From: Aquificota bacterium
GTDB taxonomy: Bacteria > Thermosulfidibacterota > Thermosulfidibacteria > Thermosulfidibacterales > B14-G1
Reading direction: 5' to 3'
DNA: 64,000 bases
Assembly (NCBI GenBank): GCA_015486015.1
Contig: WFSL01000014.1
Coordinates: forward strand, 7,650-71,649
The position numbers and the translations under genes are program-made. Each line of letters starts with the position of its first letter. Positions within the stretch are counted from its first letter, which is position 1. The notes beneath the pieces are model-generated. The model saw only the letters and a program-made list of their open reading frames with translations, had not been told where the DNA came from and did not search any database. This document shows, one piece after another, positions 1 to 12,766 of the stretch.

Positions 1-500
1 CCAGGACTGGCACACCCATTTTAGTTGACAACCCAAGGGAGGTGGGCTCAGACAGGATAGTAAACGCCGTAGCAGCCCACTTCAGGTATGGAGGTCCCTT
101 GGTGGTAGTGGATTTCGGTACAGCTACCACTTTCGACGCCGTATCCAGTAAGGGTGAGTATCTGGGTGGTGCCATAGCCCCAGGAGTTGGCATCTCTATG
201 GAAGCCCTGTTCAGGGAAACCGCCCAACTTCCCAGGGTAGAGCTCCGCAGGCCAAAGAGGGTGATCGGCAAGAATACCGTGGAGTCCATTCAATCGGGGT
301 GCTACTTTGGCTATGTGGCCTTGGTAGACGGTATGGTACGCACCTTTAAAAGAGAGTTAGGAACAGATTCTAAGGCCATAGCCACTGGAGGGATGGCTCC
401 CATTATTGCTAAGGCCAGTAAGGAGATAGAGTGCGTAGATCCTACACTCACATTGGAAGGGCTCAGGCTGATTTACGAGAGGAACCGTGAAAGAAGATAA
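1..500 (+). CDS. coaX: Type III pantothenate kinase (5'-truncated by window edge)
   Basis: Frame open from base 3; motifs [32 protein letters not shown]. Confidence 0.93.
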   Translation, partial: RTGTPILVDNPREVGSDRIVNAVAAHFRYGGPLVVVDFGTATTFDAVSSKGEYLGGAIAPGVGISMEALFRETAQLPRVELRRPKRVIGKNTVESIQSGCYFGYVALVDGMVRTFKRELGTDSKAIATGGMAPIIAKASKEIECVDPTLTLEGLRLIYERNRERR

Positions 501-511
501 GGGAGTAGCCC

Positions 512-847
512 CTATTCTCTATCCTTGTAGTTGTTCTGCCCCCCTTGACCATTGTCCACTCGCTTGCTTCGACACAGGATGTCCATGGCCATCGTCTTGC
601 TGTCACAGGCCATCTTGAGCATTTTCCTCATCTCATCAGGATTTATGTCCAGGGCATCGCAGCAAGACTCGAATTTAAGGATGCTGGGCCACTCTGGATT
701 AAATATCCAATGGTACGCAGTAACCCACTCCAACGTCTTTTTCCTCTCTTCTGCCACCGGCTTAAGGAGATCGATGATAGCCCTCTCCAGTATAGCCTCA
801 GCAAGCCTTTTGTATCTCTTCATAGGCATCAACCTCCAATCCAGCAC
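512..847 (-). CDS. Hypothetical protein (~105-111 aa)
   Basis: ORF fills the gap between coaX and tgt; LAEAILERAIIDL...FESCCDALDINP; start uncertain. Confidence 0.55.
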   Translation of the reverse strand: MLDWRLMPMKRYKRLAEAILERAIIDLLKPVAEERKKTLEWVTAYHWIFNPEWPSILKFESCCDALDINPDEMRKMLKMACDSKTMAMDILCRSKRVDNGQGGQNNYKDRE

Positions 848-971
848 TGCTTAGCTGCATGTTTGATTACTTAATAGGCCAATTTATGAGATGTGCAACC
901 CCTGAGTGATCGAGGATACGAGTATAAAAGTTGCCACATTCCTCTGAACAAAGTATCCTCAAGGCACATAG

Positions 972-2966
<1,995 letters not shown>

Positions 2967-2982
<16 letters not shown>

Positions 2983-3725
2983 CCCTCAGCCTTTACCAAA
3001 TCCACCAGTCGGGGCAGGAGGTCAGTGGCCCTCCCTTTAAGAAATAAAGTTGTGAGATCATGGGTAAGCCCTGTTTCCTCCAAGTTCACCTCTATTATTG
3101 TTCCCCCCTCCCTCGCCACCTTGTAAGGGAGCTCAGCCGCTGGGTAAACCTGGGCAGAGGTACCTACCACCAGCATCAGGTCGCACCTCCTTGCTTCCTC
3201 AAAGGCCTCACTCAAAGCCTCAGGGGGGATAGACTCCCCAAAGAACACCACATTGGGTTTTAAGATCCCAGAGCATGGACATCGAGGCGGCAATTCATCC
3301 AAGGAGACCTCTTCCACCCGAAAGCTCCTCCCGCAAGAGAGGCAAACGAGGGTTTCCCCATTGCCATGAAACTCTATCACCCTCTTACTTCCTGCCCGCT
3401 GGTGCAGGCCATCCACATTCTGGGTTACTACAGCCTTCAAAAGGCCCATCTCCTCCAATTCGGCTAAGGCAATGTGAGCAGCATTGGGTTGGGCCCTTTT
3501 CATGATCCCGTAAAGTTCACCCAGCATCTTCCAAACCTTCCCCGGATGATCCATGAATGCGGATATATGGGCATACTGAGCGGGATCGTACCTGTTCCAC
3601 AGACCCTGGGCCCCTCGGAAGGCAGGTATCCCGCTTTCTACAGAGATCCCTGCCCCTGTCAAGGCTACAGCATAATGGGCCCTGCTGAGGGCCTCTGCTG
3701 CCTGGAATAGTGCATCATCACTCAT
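2967..3725 (-). CDS. cobB: NAD-dependent protein deacylase (sirtuin)
   Basis: GAGISVESGIPAFRG, TQNVDGLH, HG, KPNVVFFGE, GTS, NLE. Confidence 0.95.
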
Positions 3726-4350
3726 AATCCACCCTCACCAATGCAAAGGAGGCAAGTGGAAGGAATCTCACACCCAAAGGATAAAGGCATCCCCCCTTTT
3801 TTATACCCGTAATCACCCTCCTGTTGAGCCTGCAAGCCTCCTTCAACATAGATTGTGTTGTGGAAAAGGAGAAAAACCGGCTACCTTTAAAAGTGGAGCT
3901 ACTCCATAGCGATTTGATGCGCCTCTTCACGTTTAAGGGGCTTAAAGAAGGAAGAAAGGCCACAGCAACGCCATTGGCCGCTACCCGTACTGCCTCTAAT
4001 AAGGCAAGGAAGGGATTGGGCACAAACTCCAAAACGGTGATTAGGGTCACATATTGGAACGCTCCTCTACCAAAGGGCAAGAGTTGGGCATCACACTGGA
4101 GCAAAGGCATGTTAGGTGCCTTCTCCTTAAAAGAGAGGAGCATCTCTCGAGAGATATCTCCACCTATCACGGAGAAACCCATCTCCTTAAAACCTATAGT
4201 AAAGATTCCTGTTCCACATCCCACGTCCAAAAGAGAACCTCTCTCCTGCCATAGTAGATTGTGAAAGAGATCACGCTCCTTTTCAAGTATTGCTGCTCCC
4301 TTTGCAGTTGCAAACCATGCGTCATATCCCCGGGGCGAAAACCTTACCAT
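3718..4350 (-). CDS. Class I SAM-dependent methyltransferase
   Basis: LLDVGCGTG motif I, DIS, DAQLLPF. Confidence 0.85.
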   Translation of the reverse strand: MVRFSPRGYDAWFATAKGAAILEKERDLFHNLLWQERGSLLDVGCGTGIFTIGFKEMGFSVIGGDISREMLLSFKEKAPNMPLLQCDAQLLPFGRGAFQYVTLITVLEFVPNPFLALLEAVRVAANGVAVAFLPSLSPLNVKRRIKSLWSSSTFKGSRFFSFSTTQSMLKEACRLNRRVITGIKKGGCLYPLGVRFLPLASFALVRVDYE

Positions 4351-4376
4351 CCCCTTTCCAAGGCGAGGTGTTACCC

Positions 4377-4673
4377 TTAGAGCTTGGCCTTGACCGCATT
4401 CACCTTACCTTCCATGGTAAGCGGCTTGTCCCTTCTGTCATCTATCTTGAGGGTGGTTACCACGCGATGGATCTCCTCAGAGAACAAGGAGTTGTGCATC
4501 TCAAGGACCACATTCACAATCTCTGTAATGTCACCCTCTATAATTGTGCCCATAGGGGTAAGCGTATGCTTAAGGCCCGAAGTTTCCAACACTTTAAGAA
4601 CCTGGGCCACATACCTGCTGAGGGATGGAGAACCTGTACCCAGAGGTACCACTGTCACTTCCGCCACAGCCAT
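4377..4673 (-). CDS. MTH1187-family thiamine-binding protein
   Basis: [38 protein letters not shown]. Confidence 0.9.
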   Translation of the reverse strand: MAVAEVTVVPLGTGSPSLSRYVAQVLKVLETSGLKHTLTPMGTIIEGDITEIVNVVLEMHNSLFSEEIHRVVTTLKIDDRRDKPLTMEGKVNAVKAKL

Positions 4674-4686
4674 ATCTCTATCCCTC

Positions 4687-4947
4687 TTAGATCTCTTCCT
4701 CTACCTTGTACACCCTATCCCCGGGACGCACCCTCTCAGGGACCTTGATGCCCACAAAGTCCCCTGGCTTTGCCTCTTCTATGGGGCTCCTCTCAATCTC
4801 CATAGATTCCACCTGAGTCGTGAAGTCTGTTGTGGCTCCTTTAAAATGGAGTTTGTCACCTACCCTAATGGTATCCTTTACCTCTACAGCAGCGACACTT
4901 ACCTTACCGAAAAACTTACTTACCCTTCCCACTTCCACCTCTGGCAT
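4687..4947 (-). CDS. Small beta-barrel 'translation elongation factor-like'/U32 C-terminal-like protein
   Basis: [14 protein letters not shown]...VESMEIE...[16 protein letters not shown]. Confidence 0.8.
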   Translation of the reverse strand: MPEVEVGRVSKFFGKVSVAAVEVKDTIRVGDKLHFKGATTDFTTQVESMEIERSPIEEAKPGDFVGIKVPERVRPGDRVYKVEEEI

Positions 4948-5326
4948 GCTCCTCCTCCTTCTCTATCCTGGCATTGATAGCCGCTATCTCCTTGTTGGCC
5001 CTATCTACCCACTTATGCTTAGGATATCGTGAGACGAAAAGCTTATAATACCTTAGGGCATCCAGGTAGTCTCCTGTTCTCCTGTACGTCCGAGCCAACA
5101 TGAACATGGCCTCGTCAGCCAACCCATTGTTGGGATAATAGCTCACTATGTCCGTAAAGGCCGTTATAGCCCTGGAATAATCCCCAGAATTAAAGGCATC
5201 CAAACCCTCCTCATAAAGTGGTGCGGCGGGGTTCATGACATTCACCTTCATGTTACCTCCACCATAAGTACACCCCATGAGGAAAACCAGAGCAGCCATT
5301 ACCAATACCTCTGCCACCTTGTTCAT
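4916..5326 (-). CDS. TPR lipoprotein (BamD/YbgF-like)
   Basis: Lipobox LMGC; LYEEG..AF..GDY..AI..F..I...YP TPR pattern; ATG at 5326 after a GGAGGAG RBS. Confidence 0.78.
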   Translation of the reverse strand: MNKVAEVLVMAALVFLMGCTYGGGNMKVNVMNPAAPLYEEGLDAFNSGDYSRAITAFTDIVSYYPNNGLADEAMFMLARTYRRTGDYLDALRYYKLFVSRYPKHKWVDRANKEIAAINARIEKEEEHARGGSGKGK

Positions 5327-5696
5327 CTCCTCCCCCTCGCGAAGGTTTTTTCTATACTCAAGTACACAAACCAACAAGCTCAAACAATTTCAAAACAACA
5401 AATTTTACACTTTTGCGCTGTACCCCCTCAACCCTTGATAAAAAACCCACCGCAAATCTGCATCTCCCTGATTCTTTAAATAAATTAAAATATCCAAAAA
5501 CGGGGAAAAAATAAAGAGGTACTCTCCCCTTTTCTGGACAGGAGGAGAATCAATCCCCTGGGATCAGAGAATCATAAGGCTCCTTGACCTCCCTTAGGGG
5601 CGGATAATAAACTCCTCAGAGATTGGTCATGGCATATAAGGCCGGCGGCAGGTTTAGGTGCCATTTTTGATCTTATGGGAGGTGTATTAGGTAGCG

Positions 5697-6989
5697 ATGA
5701 CCAAAGAAAACCGCAGAGACTGGCTCATTAAGGGAGGACTCGTCATTGACCCCCCTTCTGGAACTATGGAGGTAAGGGACGTGTTGGTGGAAAGGGGAAG
5801 GATCTCAGGCATTGCCCCCCAAATTTCCAAAGAGGGGGTTTCTATCATAGATGCCCGCGGGATGTGGGTAGTGCCAGGACTCATAGACATACACGTTCAC
5901 TTCAGGGATCCTGGCTACGAATACAAAGAGACCATTGAAACCGGCCTAAAGGCTGCCGCATCTGGGGGATTTACCCAGGTCTGTTGCATGCCCAACACCT
6001 CCCCTGTAAATGACACAGGGGCTATCACCCTCTACATGAGAGAGAAAGCCAAAAAGGTAAAGGGGCCACTCCTCTATCCTGTGGGCGCCATCACCAAGGG
6101 ACAAAAGGGGGAGACCTTAGCAGAGATAGGGGACATGGTGGAGAATGGGGCTGTGGCCATCTCAGACGACGGTCACCCTGTGATGAACTCCGAGACGATG
6201 CGCAGGGCCATGGAGTATGCCAGCCACTTTGGCATACCCGTGATGGATCACTGTGAGGACAAGAACCTCTCTGCCGATGGTCTCATTCACGAGGGATTGG
6301 TTTCCACAGCATTAGGGTTCAAAGGGATCCCATCGGCATCAGAAGAGGTGATGGTGGCCAGGGACATCTGCCTTGCGCGCCTCACAGGTACACGGGTTCA
6401 CCTCCAGCATCTCAGTTCCAAGGGTTCTGTAGAGCTTGTGAGATGGGCAAAGAACATGGGCCTCCCTGTCACCTGTGAGGTAACACCCCACCACCTTACC
6501 CTCACCCATCACGCAGTAGAGACCTATGACACCAACACCAAGGTAAACCCACCCCTGAGGACGGAAGAGGACCGCCAGGCCCTCATAGAGGGGCTAACCG
6601 AAGGGGTGGTAGACTGCGTGGCCAGCGATCATGCCCCTCATAGCCTAAAGGAAAAGGACGTGGAGTACGACTTGGCGGCCTTTGGTATTTCAGGAGTGGA
6701 GACAGCCTTAGGCATCGTGCTGAGACTTGTTCAGGAGGGAAAACTCAGCCCGCTGAGGGCGATAGAGGCCATGAGTACATCCCCAGCCAGAATAGTGGGA
6801 CTGGATGGAGGGGGTCTTGGGGTGGGCCAGCCTGCCCATATCACCATAATAGATCCTGAGAAGACTTGGGAAGTGAAGCCCGAGGAGATGCTCTCTAAGG
6901 GCAAGAACACCCCCTTTGCTGGCTGGAAATTGAAGGGCAAGGCCATAATCACCATGGTAAATGGGGAAGTGGTGTGGGAGGCAAGGTGA
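5697..6989 (+). CDS. pyrC: Dihydroorotase
   Basis: [35 protein letters not shown]. Confidence 0.96.
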   Translation: MTKENRRDWLIKGGLVIDPPSGTMEVRDVLVERGRISGIAPQISKEGVSIIDARGMWVVPGLIDIHVHFRDPGYEYKETIETGLKAAASGGFTQVCCMPNTSPVNDTGAITLYMREKAKKVKGPLLYPVGAITKGQKGETLAEIGDMVENGAVAISDDGHPVMNSETMRRAMEYASHFGIPVMDHCEDKNLSADGLIHEGLVSTALGFKGIPSASEEVMVARDICLARLTGTRVHLQHLSSKGSVELVRWAKNMGLPVTCEVTPHHLTLTHHAVETYDTNTKVNPPLRTEEDRQALIEGLTEGVVDCVASDHAPHSLKEKDVEYDLAAFGISGVETALGIVLRLVQEGKLSPLRAIEAMSTSPARIVGLDGGGLGVGQPAHITIIDPEKTWEVKPEEMLSKGKNTPFAGWKLKGKAIITMVNGEVVWEAR

Positions 6990-8131
6990 CCCGGAAGAGA
7001 AAAAAGGCGATGCTGGCCTTGGCAGATGGGGCTGTTTTTGAGGGCTACTCCTTGGGGGCTGAAGGGGAAACCTGGGGAGAGGTGGTCTTTAACACAGCTA
7101 TAACAGGTTACCAGGAGATACTTACCGATCCCTCATATAAGGGCCAGATAGTGGCCATGACATACCCTCTCATAGGGAACTATGGGGTGAATTTAGAAGA
7201 CGTGGAATCCAAGAAGCCCTTCGTTGAGGGCTTCATTGTTAAAGAATGCAGCCGCATCACCTCCAATTGGAGGTCCCAAACAGGCCTGGATGAGTACCTG
7301 AAGAGACATGGGGTCGTGGGCATACAGGGCATAGACACCAGGGAGCTTACCATGCGCTTGAGAGAAGTAGGGGCCCAGACCGGCGTCATTTCCACAGTGG
7401 ACCTGGAGCCGGACAGCTTAGTTGCCAGGGCGAAGAGCCTGCCGTCATTAGAGGGAAGGGACCTGGTTAGAGAGGTAACCTGTAGAGAGAAATACCAATG
7501 GCGACAGGGCATCTGGAACTTGGCAAGGGGATACGAAAGTGTGCATCCTGACAGAAGTGCTCCCCATCTGGTGGCATATGACTTTGGGATAAAATACAAT
7601 ATTTTGCGCATCTTTGCCCATTTGGGATGCCGCATCACCGTGGTGCCTGCCCAGACCCCTGCAGAGGAAGTGCTGGAGTTGAAGCCTCATGGTGTCTTCC
7701 TTTCCAATGGTCCAGGAGACCCTGCCCCCTTGAGCTACGCCATAGAGAACGCTAAGAAGCTCCTGGGCAAGGTGCCCCTTTTTGGCATCTGCTTAGGGCA
7801 TCAGATTTTGGGGCTTGCCTTGGGTGGCAAGACCTATAAGCTCAAATTTGGGCATCATGGGGCCAATCACCCTGTAAAGGATCTCACCACAGGCAAGGTA
7901 GAGATTACCTCCCAGAATCATGGATTTGTGGTGGATATGGATTCCCTGGGGGATAGGGTGGAGGTAACCCATATAAACCTCAATGACCATACCGTAGAGG
8001 GGTTGAGGCACCGGGATATCCCTTTATTTTCTATTCAGTATCACCCCGAGGCATCTCCAGGGCCCCACGACTCTGCCTATCTCTTTGGCAGGTTCGTGGA
8101 AGTCATGAAACGTTTTGTCCCTTCAAACTGA
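6986..8131 (+). CDS. carA: Carbamoyl-phosphate synthase small subunit
   Basis: [36 protein letters not shown]; GTGA overlap with pyrC stop. Confidence 0.97.
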   Translation: MTRKRKKAMLALADGAVFEGYSLGAEGETWGEVVFNTAITGYQEILTDPSYKGQIVAMTYPLIGNYGVNLEDVESKKPFVEGFIVKECSRITSNWRSQTGLDEYLKRHGVVGIQGIDTRELTMRLREVGAQTGVISTVDLEPDSLVARAKSLPSLEGRDLVREVTCREKYQWRQGIWNLARGYESVHPDRSAPHLVAYDFGIKYNILRIFAHLGCRITVVPAQTPAEEVLELKPHGVFLSNGPGDPAPLSYAIENAKKLLGKVPLFGICLGHQILGLALGGKTYKLKFGHHGANHPVKDLTTGKVEITSQNHGFVVDMDSLGDRVEVTHINLNDHTVEGLRHRDIPLFSIQYHPEASPGPHDSAYLFGRFVEVMKRFVPSN

Positions 8132-9181
8132 GGCCCTGAGCAGGACTTTGGGGATCTTCCCCATATACTCGGCAGCGGTCGTTAGTGCTACACCCTTCTC
8201 CTGTGCCGCCTCCCATACCTCCTGGGTATGTTCCCGATACATGGGTTCCCGGAGAAGGTGATGGTCATACACAATAATAGATGCCCCAGACTCTTCCACC
8301 AATCTTCTACCATTCTCCACGGCCCTCTTCAGGTTTGTCTTGCTTAGGATGTAACCCAGCATGTAGGTCATGGGGCCGTCCAGGATCAAGACATTCGGGT
8401 GCTCATTTATGATCCACTGGGCATAGTCTTCTATAATAGGCCCGTTGATATCCCCGGAGTGAATGAGCTTCTCACCACCATGTTCCACAATCGTGGCAAA
8501 GACCCATCCTACGGCAGAGAACTCCACCCCATGAAAAAGGGGCTTACTAAACCTAAGCCTGGTCATGCCCAAAGTGACCTCCCTGCCATCGGCAAAGGAG
8601 ACCGCCAACTCGGGTAACTCTATTTCCTTAATCCACGGCCACCTTTCCCACCTCTTCACCCTCCTCCTAAACCTATCCTGGCCCCTCTTTAAAAGGGCAT
8701 TTCTACGATCTGTATAATCCCCAAACTCCCTACCACACGCCAAGGGCAGATTTTCCATAGGGTCACTGATACTCAAGCAGCGAGGGGATCCTCCTGCGGG
8801 CAGGGATCCCCCCCTACCGAAGGTCTGATGAAGCCTCTCAAAGAAATTCCATGCCCTTTCACGCTGGGAGTCGTTGATGAATGTATTGGGGTCCTTCACG
8901 AACAGATGCTTCCCTCGATAGATTTGGACGTGGCGGGGAACGAAATGGTCGTAGTGGTAGTGAGAGATCACCACCACATCTGCCCTCTTGAGTGCCCTGA
9001 GAACAGCTCCTCTCGCCTCCCTCAGCCACCTGGATTTCTCCTCCTCCGTGGCAGGAAATCCCGGATGCATCACCGCTGCCCCGGGGTCTATCAGCACCCT
9101 CACATCAGGGGTCTCTACAAAGACACAGACACTCTTAGCACCTAAGGAATCAAACCAGACAAGCTCAAAGGAGAGGCCCAT
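8123..9181 (-). CDS. MBL-fold hydrolase, UPF0282-like (archaeal-type)
   Basis: DSLGAKS, IDPG, SHYHYDH, HG, DHHLLR. Confidence 0.8.
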   Translation of the reverse strand: MGLSFELVWFDSLGAKSVCVFVETPDVRVLIDPGAAVMHPGFPATEEEKSRWLREARGAVLRALKRADVVVISHYHYDHFVPRHVQIYRGKHLFVKDPNTFINDSQRERAWNFFERLHQTFGRGGSLPAGGSPRCLSISDPMENLPLACGREFGDYTDRRNALLKRGQDRFRRRVKRWERWPWIKEIELPELAVSFADGREVTLGMTRLRFSKPLFHGVEFSAVGWVFATIVEHGGEKLIHSGDINGPIIEDYAQWIINEHPNVLILDGPMTYMLGYILSKTNLKRAVENGRRLVEESGASIIVYDHHLLREPMYREHTQEVWEAAQEKGVALTTAAEYMGKIPKVLLRASV

Positions 9182-9190
9182 AGATTCCCC

Positions 9191-10416
9191 TCACTCAAAC
9201 ACCACCTCTTCCTCATTGTAGTCTGTAGCATCCAACTCCACCTCTCGCTCATCCTTCTTGCCTTTCAGCACCTCCCGATAGTACTCATGCTGGATGATGA
9301 GATTCATAACCTCACTGGTTCCGGTCCAGATCATGGCCAGCCGGATATCCCTCAATAGCCTCTCTACAGGGAACACATTGGTATAGCCTATTCCGCCCAG
9401 GATCTGCATGGAGTGGTTCACTACCCTCCAGGCCACCTCTGTGGCAAAGCGTTTGGCTTCAGAGACCAACCTCCTGGCGTTGCCATCTTCGTCTGCAGCC
9501 CTGGCTGCAAGATACACTAACCCCCTGGCAGCATCCAATTCCATAATAGCATCAGCTACTTTGAAGCTTACACCTTGGAATTCCCTAATGGGTCTTCCGA
9601 AGGCCTTGCGCCTGCTACTGTAACGAACAGCCACATCCAAGGCAGCCCTGGCCATGCCCAATACTCCAGCAGCAGAGGTAAGCCTCTCTGGAATCATCAT
9701 GCTGTCAAAGATAAGGAATGCCTCATTCTCACTTCCCACCAGGTTCTCCTTGGGCACCTTCACATTATGGAAGACAATCCTCCCTGTTCCTCCCCCCTGG
9801 TGCCCATCAAACCATAGACCTTCTTTACCTCCACCCCCATTCCCCTCTCGATTATAAAGGCGCTTAGTGCCCTCTGCCCAGAGGCATCGGGATTGGTTCT
9901 CGCATACACAAAGAAGAAGTCTGCCCCTTGGGCCCCAACAATGAAGCGCTTCTGGCCGTTAAGAAGATAATGATTCCCCTCCATCCTGGCAGTGGTAGTG
10001 GCACCAAAGAAATCAGAGCCTCCCCGGGGTTCCGTCAAGGCCTCGGCAGCCACCAGTTCGCCGGCCAACATAGGTTTAAGGTATCTCTCCTTTTGCTGAG
10101 GGGTCCCGAAACGTACCAGCGCTTCCCCTACTATGCTGGGCATGGCAAAGGCGCAACTCAGAGAAGTGCCCAAAACCCCCATCTCTTCTAAAGCCCATAT
10201 CTCTGCTGTCCAGGGAAGCCCCCTACCCCCAAACTCTTTGGGAAACCTAACGCCCAACAGGCCCTGTTCGCCCAGCCTCTTCACAAACTCCCTGGGGTAT
10301 TCCACCTGACCCATGTCCATCTCTTTAATAAGCTCAGGTGGCACCTCTTCCTTCACAAACCGCCGCACCTCATCCCTCAGCGCCCTCTCCTCCCCGCCCA
10401 TCAGCACATCATACAT
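9191..10416 (-). pseudogene. Acyl-CoA dehydrogenase split by a 1-nt frameshift (pseudogene, slippage or assembly error)
   Basis: N-half 9760-10416 (ALTEPRGGSD, NGQKRFI) and C-half 9191-9763 ([23 protein letters not shown]) are in different frames; adding one G to the G6 run (C6 at 9792-9797 on +) restores [19 protein letters not shown]. Confidence 0.88.
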
Positions 10417-10538
10417 AACTCACCTCCTAAGCCAATCCTGTCAGGAGGATGGGCCTCTTCCAAGGGAAAGGCAAGTCCCGATCTCCTATTGCATTTAGCT
10501 GAAAAGGGTATATAAAGATATGTGCAAATTGCACATAT

Positions 10539-10910
10539 ATGGAGAATGAAGTGGGACATTGGTGTTGGGGAGGTGGTGCCAGATGGGGAAGTCCAGGTGA
10601 GTGGCTGGCCCTTTGGACAATGCTCATGGTGGCAGAGGGTCCTGTACATGGATACGAGATACTGAGCCGACTACACAATATGGGTAGAGAGGTTAACCCT
10701 GGCTCCCTTTACAGGAGCTTGAGGATGTTGGAAGCCCAAGGTTTGGTAGAGTCTCGATGGAGTGTAGGAGGGGGACCAGCAAGGAGGCTATACAGGCTTA
10801 CGCCTGAAGGGTGGAGCTATCTCAAGTCCTTGAAAGGTCTCCTTGAGGGCGAAAAGGTCCTATTGGAGAGGGTGATTAAACGGATAGAAATGCTGGAAAA
10901 GAGGAGGTGA
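10539..10910 (+). CDS. PadR-family transcriptional regulator
   Basis: HGYEI...PGSLYRSLRMLEAQGLV...GPARRLYRLTPEG. Confidence 0.9.
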   Translation: MENEVGHWCWGGGARWGSPGEWLALWTMLMVAEGPVHGYEILSRLHNMGREVNPGSLYRSLRMLEAQGLVESRWSVGGGPARRLYRLTPEGWSYLKSLKGLLEGEKVLLERVIKRIEMLEKRR

Positions 10911-10914
10911 GATC

Positions 10915-11247
10915 ATGTGGAGATGGTTTGGCTGGGGCAGAGGCTTCGGCAGGGGCATGGGTCGAGGCTGGTGGGGGCCATACTGGTGGGGACCATACGG
11001 ATACAGGACCCCCCAGGGGTACACCTATGTAGGGCCCTGCAGGTGTGGCTTCGGCCCGAGGGCATTCTATGTGGACGACCAAGGGCGCCTTCTCCATGCC
11101 TCACAGGTATGGGGCTGGGGGACATGGTACCCATGGTATCCAGGGTCTACTGCCCAAAGTGAAGCCGAGGCGCTAAAGGCTGAGAAGGGAGAGTTGGAAA
11201 ACCGACTAAGGGAGATTGAGGAAAGGCTCAAGAACATGGAGGGTTAA
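10915..11247 (+). CDS. DUF5320-like Gly/Arg/Trp-rich protein with C-terminal coiled coil
   Basis: GRGFGRGMGRG, GPCRCG, terminal EAEALKAEK...LREIEERL; GGAGGTGA RBS. Confidence 0.75.
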   Translation: MWRWFGWGRGFGRGMGRGWWGPYWWGPYGYRTPQGYTYVGPCRCGFGPRAFYVDDQGRLLHASQVWGWGTWYPWYPGSTAQSEAEALKAEKGELENRLREIEERLKNMEG

Positions 11248-11285
11248 GCATTCCCTTTTGAGGCAAAGTGGTTTTTTAGTGGGAA

Positions 11286-11323
11286 AGGGAGAGATAGACG
11301 GGCTTTTAGCTCTATCTCTCCCT
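11286..11323. terminator. Inverted repeat between convergent genes (likely bidirectional terminator)
   Basis: AGGGAGAGATAGA-12 nt-TCTATCTCTCCCT perfect 13-bp stem. Confidence 0.7.
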
Positions 11324-11335
11324 CATCTTTCTGTT

Positions 11336-12754
11336 TCAGAAATTGCCAAATCCAACAATAGACCTCATCCGGCTCTCTACCTCATCCTTTAAAAAATCCA
11401 GGAGCTCATTAATAGGAGGACCATAAGGGACTCCCAACAGGGCCTTCCTGAAGGTTTGGTAAAGCATGCCTCTGCCCCGACGGCCCAATTCAGAGCCCAA
11501 CTTCTCTAAGGCTGCATCCCACGTGGAGTGTTCCCTCCTTAGGCTGGCCAGCTCTTCAAGAATCCTCTTCTCTTCCGGGGTCAGATCCACATGGTGGGGT
11601 CCCCTTAGAAGGCGTTCTACCCACAAGGCCAGCTCCACCAAGGTAGAAGAGTCTCCACGCATAAGAACAACAGCCTCTTCCAACCTCTCGGTGGGCAGGT
11701 CCGAAGGAAGATAAGGTCTGAGAGCCTCCAACAGCTCTTCTACGGTGAGGGCGGCAAGGAGCTTCTTGTTTATAGAGGCGAGCGTGGAAGGGGAAAAGGT
11801 AACGGGAGAGGAAGAAAGCTCATTTATATGAAAGGATTCCAGTATCTCACTCCATGAGAGTGGAGGGGAATGAGGGGGATTCCAGCCTAAGGTGACAAGG
11901 AGGTTCACCACTGCCAGGGGGAGATAGCCTTTGTCTCTAAGGGATCTCAAGGTCCATGAACTCCCTTCACGCTTCTCCATTATGTGACCCTCAGGAAGGT
12001 AGACTAAAGGTACATGGGCAAAGATGGGGACAGGATAGTCCAAACCCTCGAAGAGTAAGATGTGATAAGGGGTATTGGATAAATGGTCTTCACCCCGGAT
12101 TACATGGGTAATTCCAGCCTCACCGTCATCCACCACCATCGCCAAGTGGTACGTGGGGGTGCCGTCGCAGCGCAGCAGGATAATATCGTCCAGGTCCTTA
12201 CCCCGAAACCTCTTCCTCCCCTTGATAGGGTCCTTCCACTCAACGATAGCGCTGGGGCTTACCTTAAGCCTCAGCACATAAGGCTCACCTTCCGCAATCC
12301 TGGCCTGAACCTCACTCATAGAGAGGCCTCTACACTTCCCGGAATAGCGGGGTGGACGCCCCCTCTTCAGGCACTCCTGTCGGTGAGCTTCCAACTCATG
12401 GGGGGTGCAGAAGCAGGGATAAGCCAGGCCCTTTGACCAGAGATTAAAGGCCTTTTCCTTATAAAGGGAAAGCCTGGTGCTCTGAAAGACCGGTTCACCC
12501 TCCCATACTACTCCAAGCCAGGTGAGGTCTTCCATGATACCCTGAACGAACGCAGGATCTGAGCGCTTTACATCTGTATCCTCTATTCTTAAGAGGAAAC
12601 TTCCGCCCTCTTGGGCAGCCACAATATAATTAATTAGGGCTATTCTGGCATTACCCAAATGGAGGTACCCAGTAGGGCTAGGAGCAAAACGGGTCTTCAC
12701 AGTGACTTCAAGTGACGTACCCCGGGAGGAGGTATCCCTTTCGCCCAAACTCAC
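11336..12754 (-). CDS. gltX: Glutamate--tRNA ligase (divergent copy)
   Basis: TRFAPSPTGYLHLGN, LRIEDTD, CFC zinc site, HVIRGEDH; KMSKS-equivalent reads IMEKR. Confidence 0.88.
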   Translation of the reverse strand: MSLGERDTSSRGTSLEVTVKTRFAPSPTGYLHLGNARIALINYIVAAQEGGSFLLRIEDTDVKRSDPAFVQGIMEDLTWLGVVWEGEPVFQSTRLSLYKEKAFNLWSKGLAYPCFCTPHELEAHRQECLKRGRPPRYSGKCRGLSMSEVQARIAEGEPYVLRLKVSPSAIVEWKDPIKGRKRFRGKDLDDIILLRCDGTPTYHLAMVVDDGEAGITHVIRGEDHLSNTPYHILLFEGLDYPVPIFAHVPLVYLPEGHIMEKREGSSWTLRSLRDKGYLPLAVVNLLVTLGWNPPHSPPLSWSEILESFHINELSSSPVTFSPSTLASINKKLLAALTVEELLEALRPYLPSDLPTERLEEAVVLMRGDSSTLVELALWVERLLRGPHHVDLTPEEKRILEELASLRREHSTWDAALEKLGSELGRRGRGMLYQTFRKALLGVPYGPPINELLDFLKDEVESRMRSIVGFGNF

Positions 12755-12766
12755 TCTTTTGCCCCC

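Noticed and set aside
912-960. 8-bp inverted repeat GAGGATAC/GTATCCTC upstream of tgt as a preQ1 riboswitch
   Set aside because: It lacks the preQ1 loop consensus and the A-rich tail, and may be chance.
9760-9763. Selenocysteine read-through at the TGA in the acyl-CoA dehydrogenase
   Set aside because: The downstream half is in a different frame, so a 1-nt indel explains it rather than recoding.
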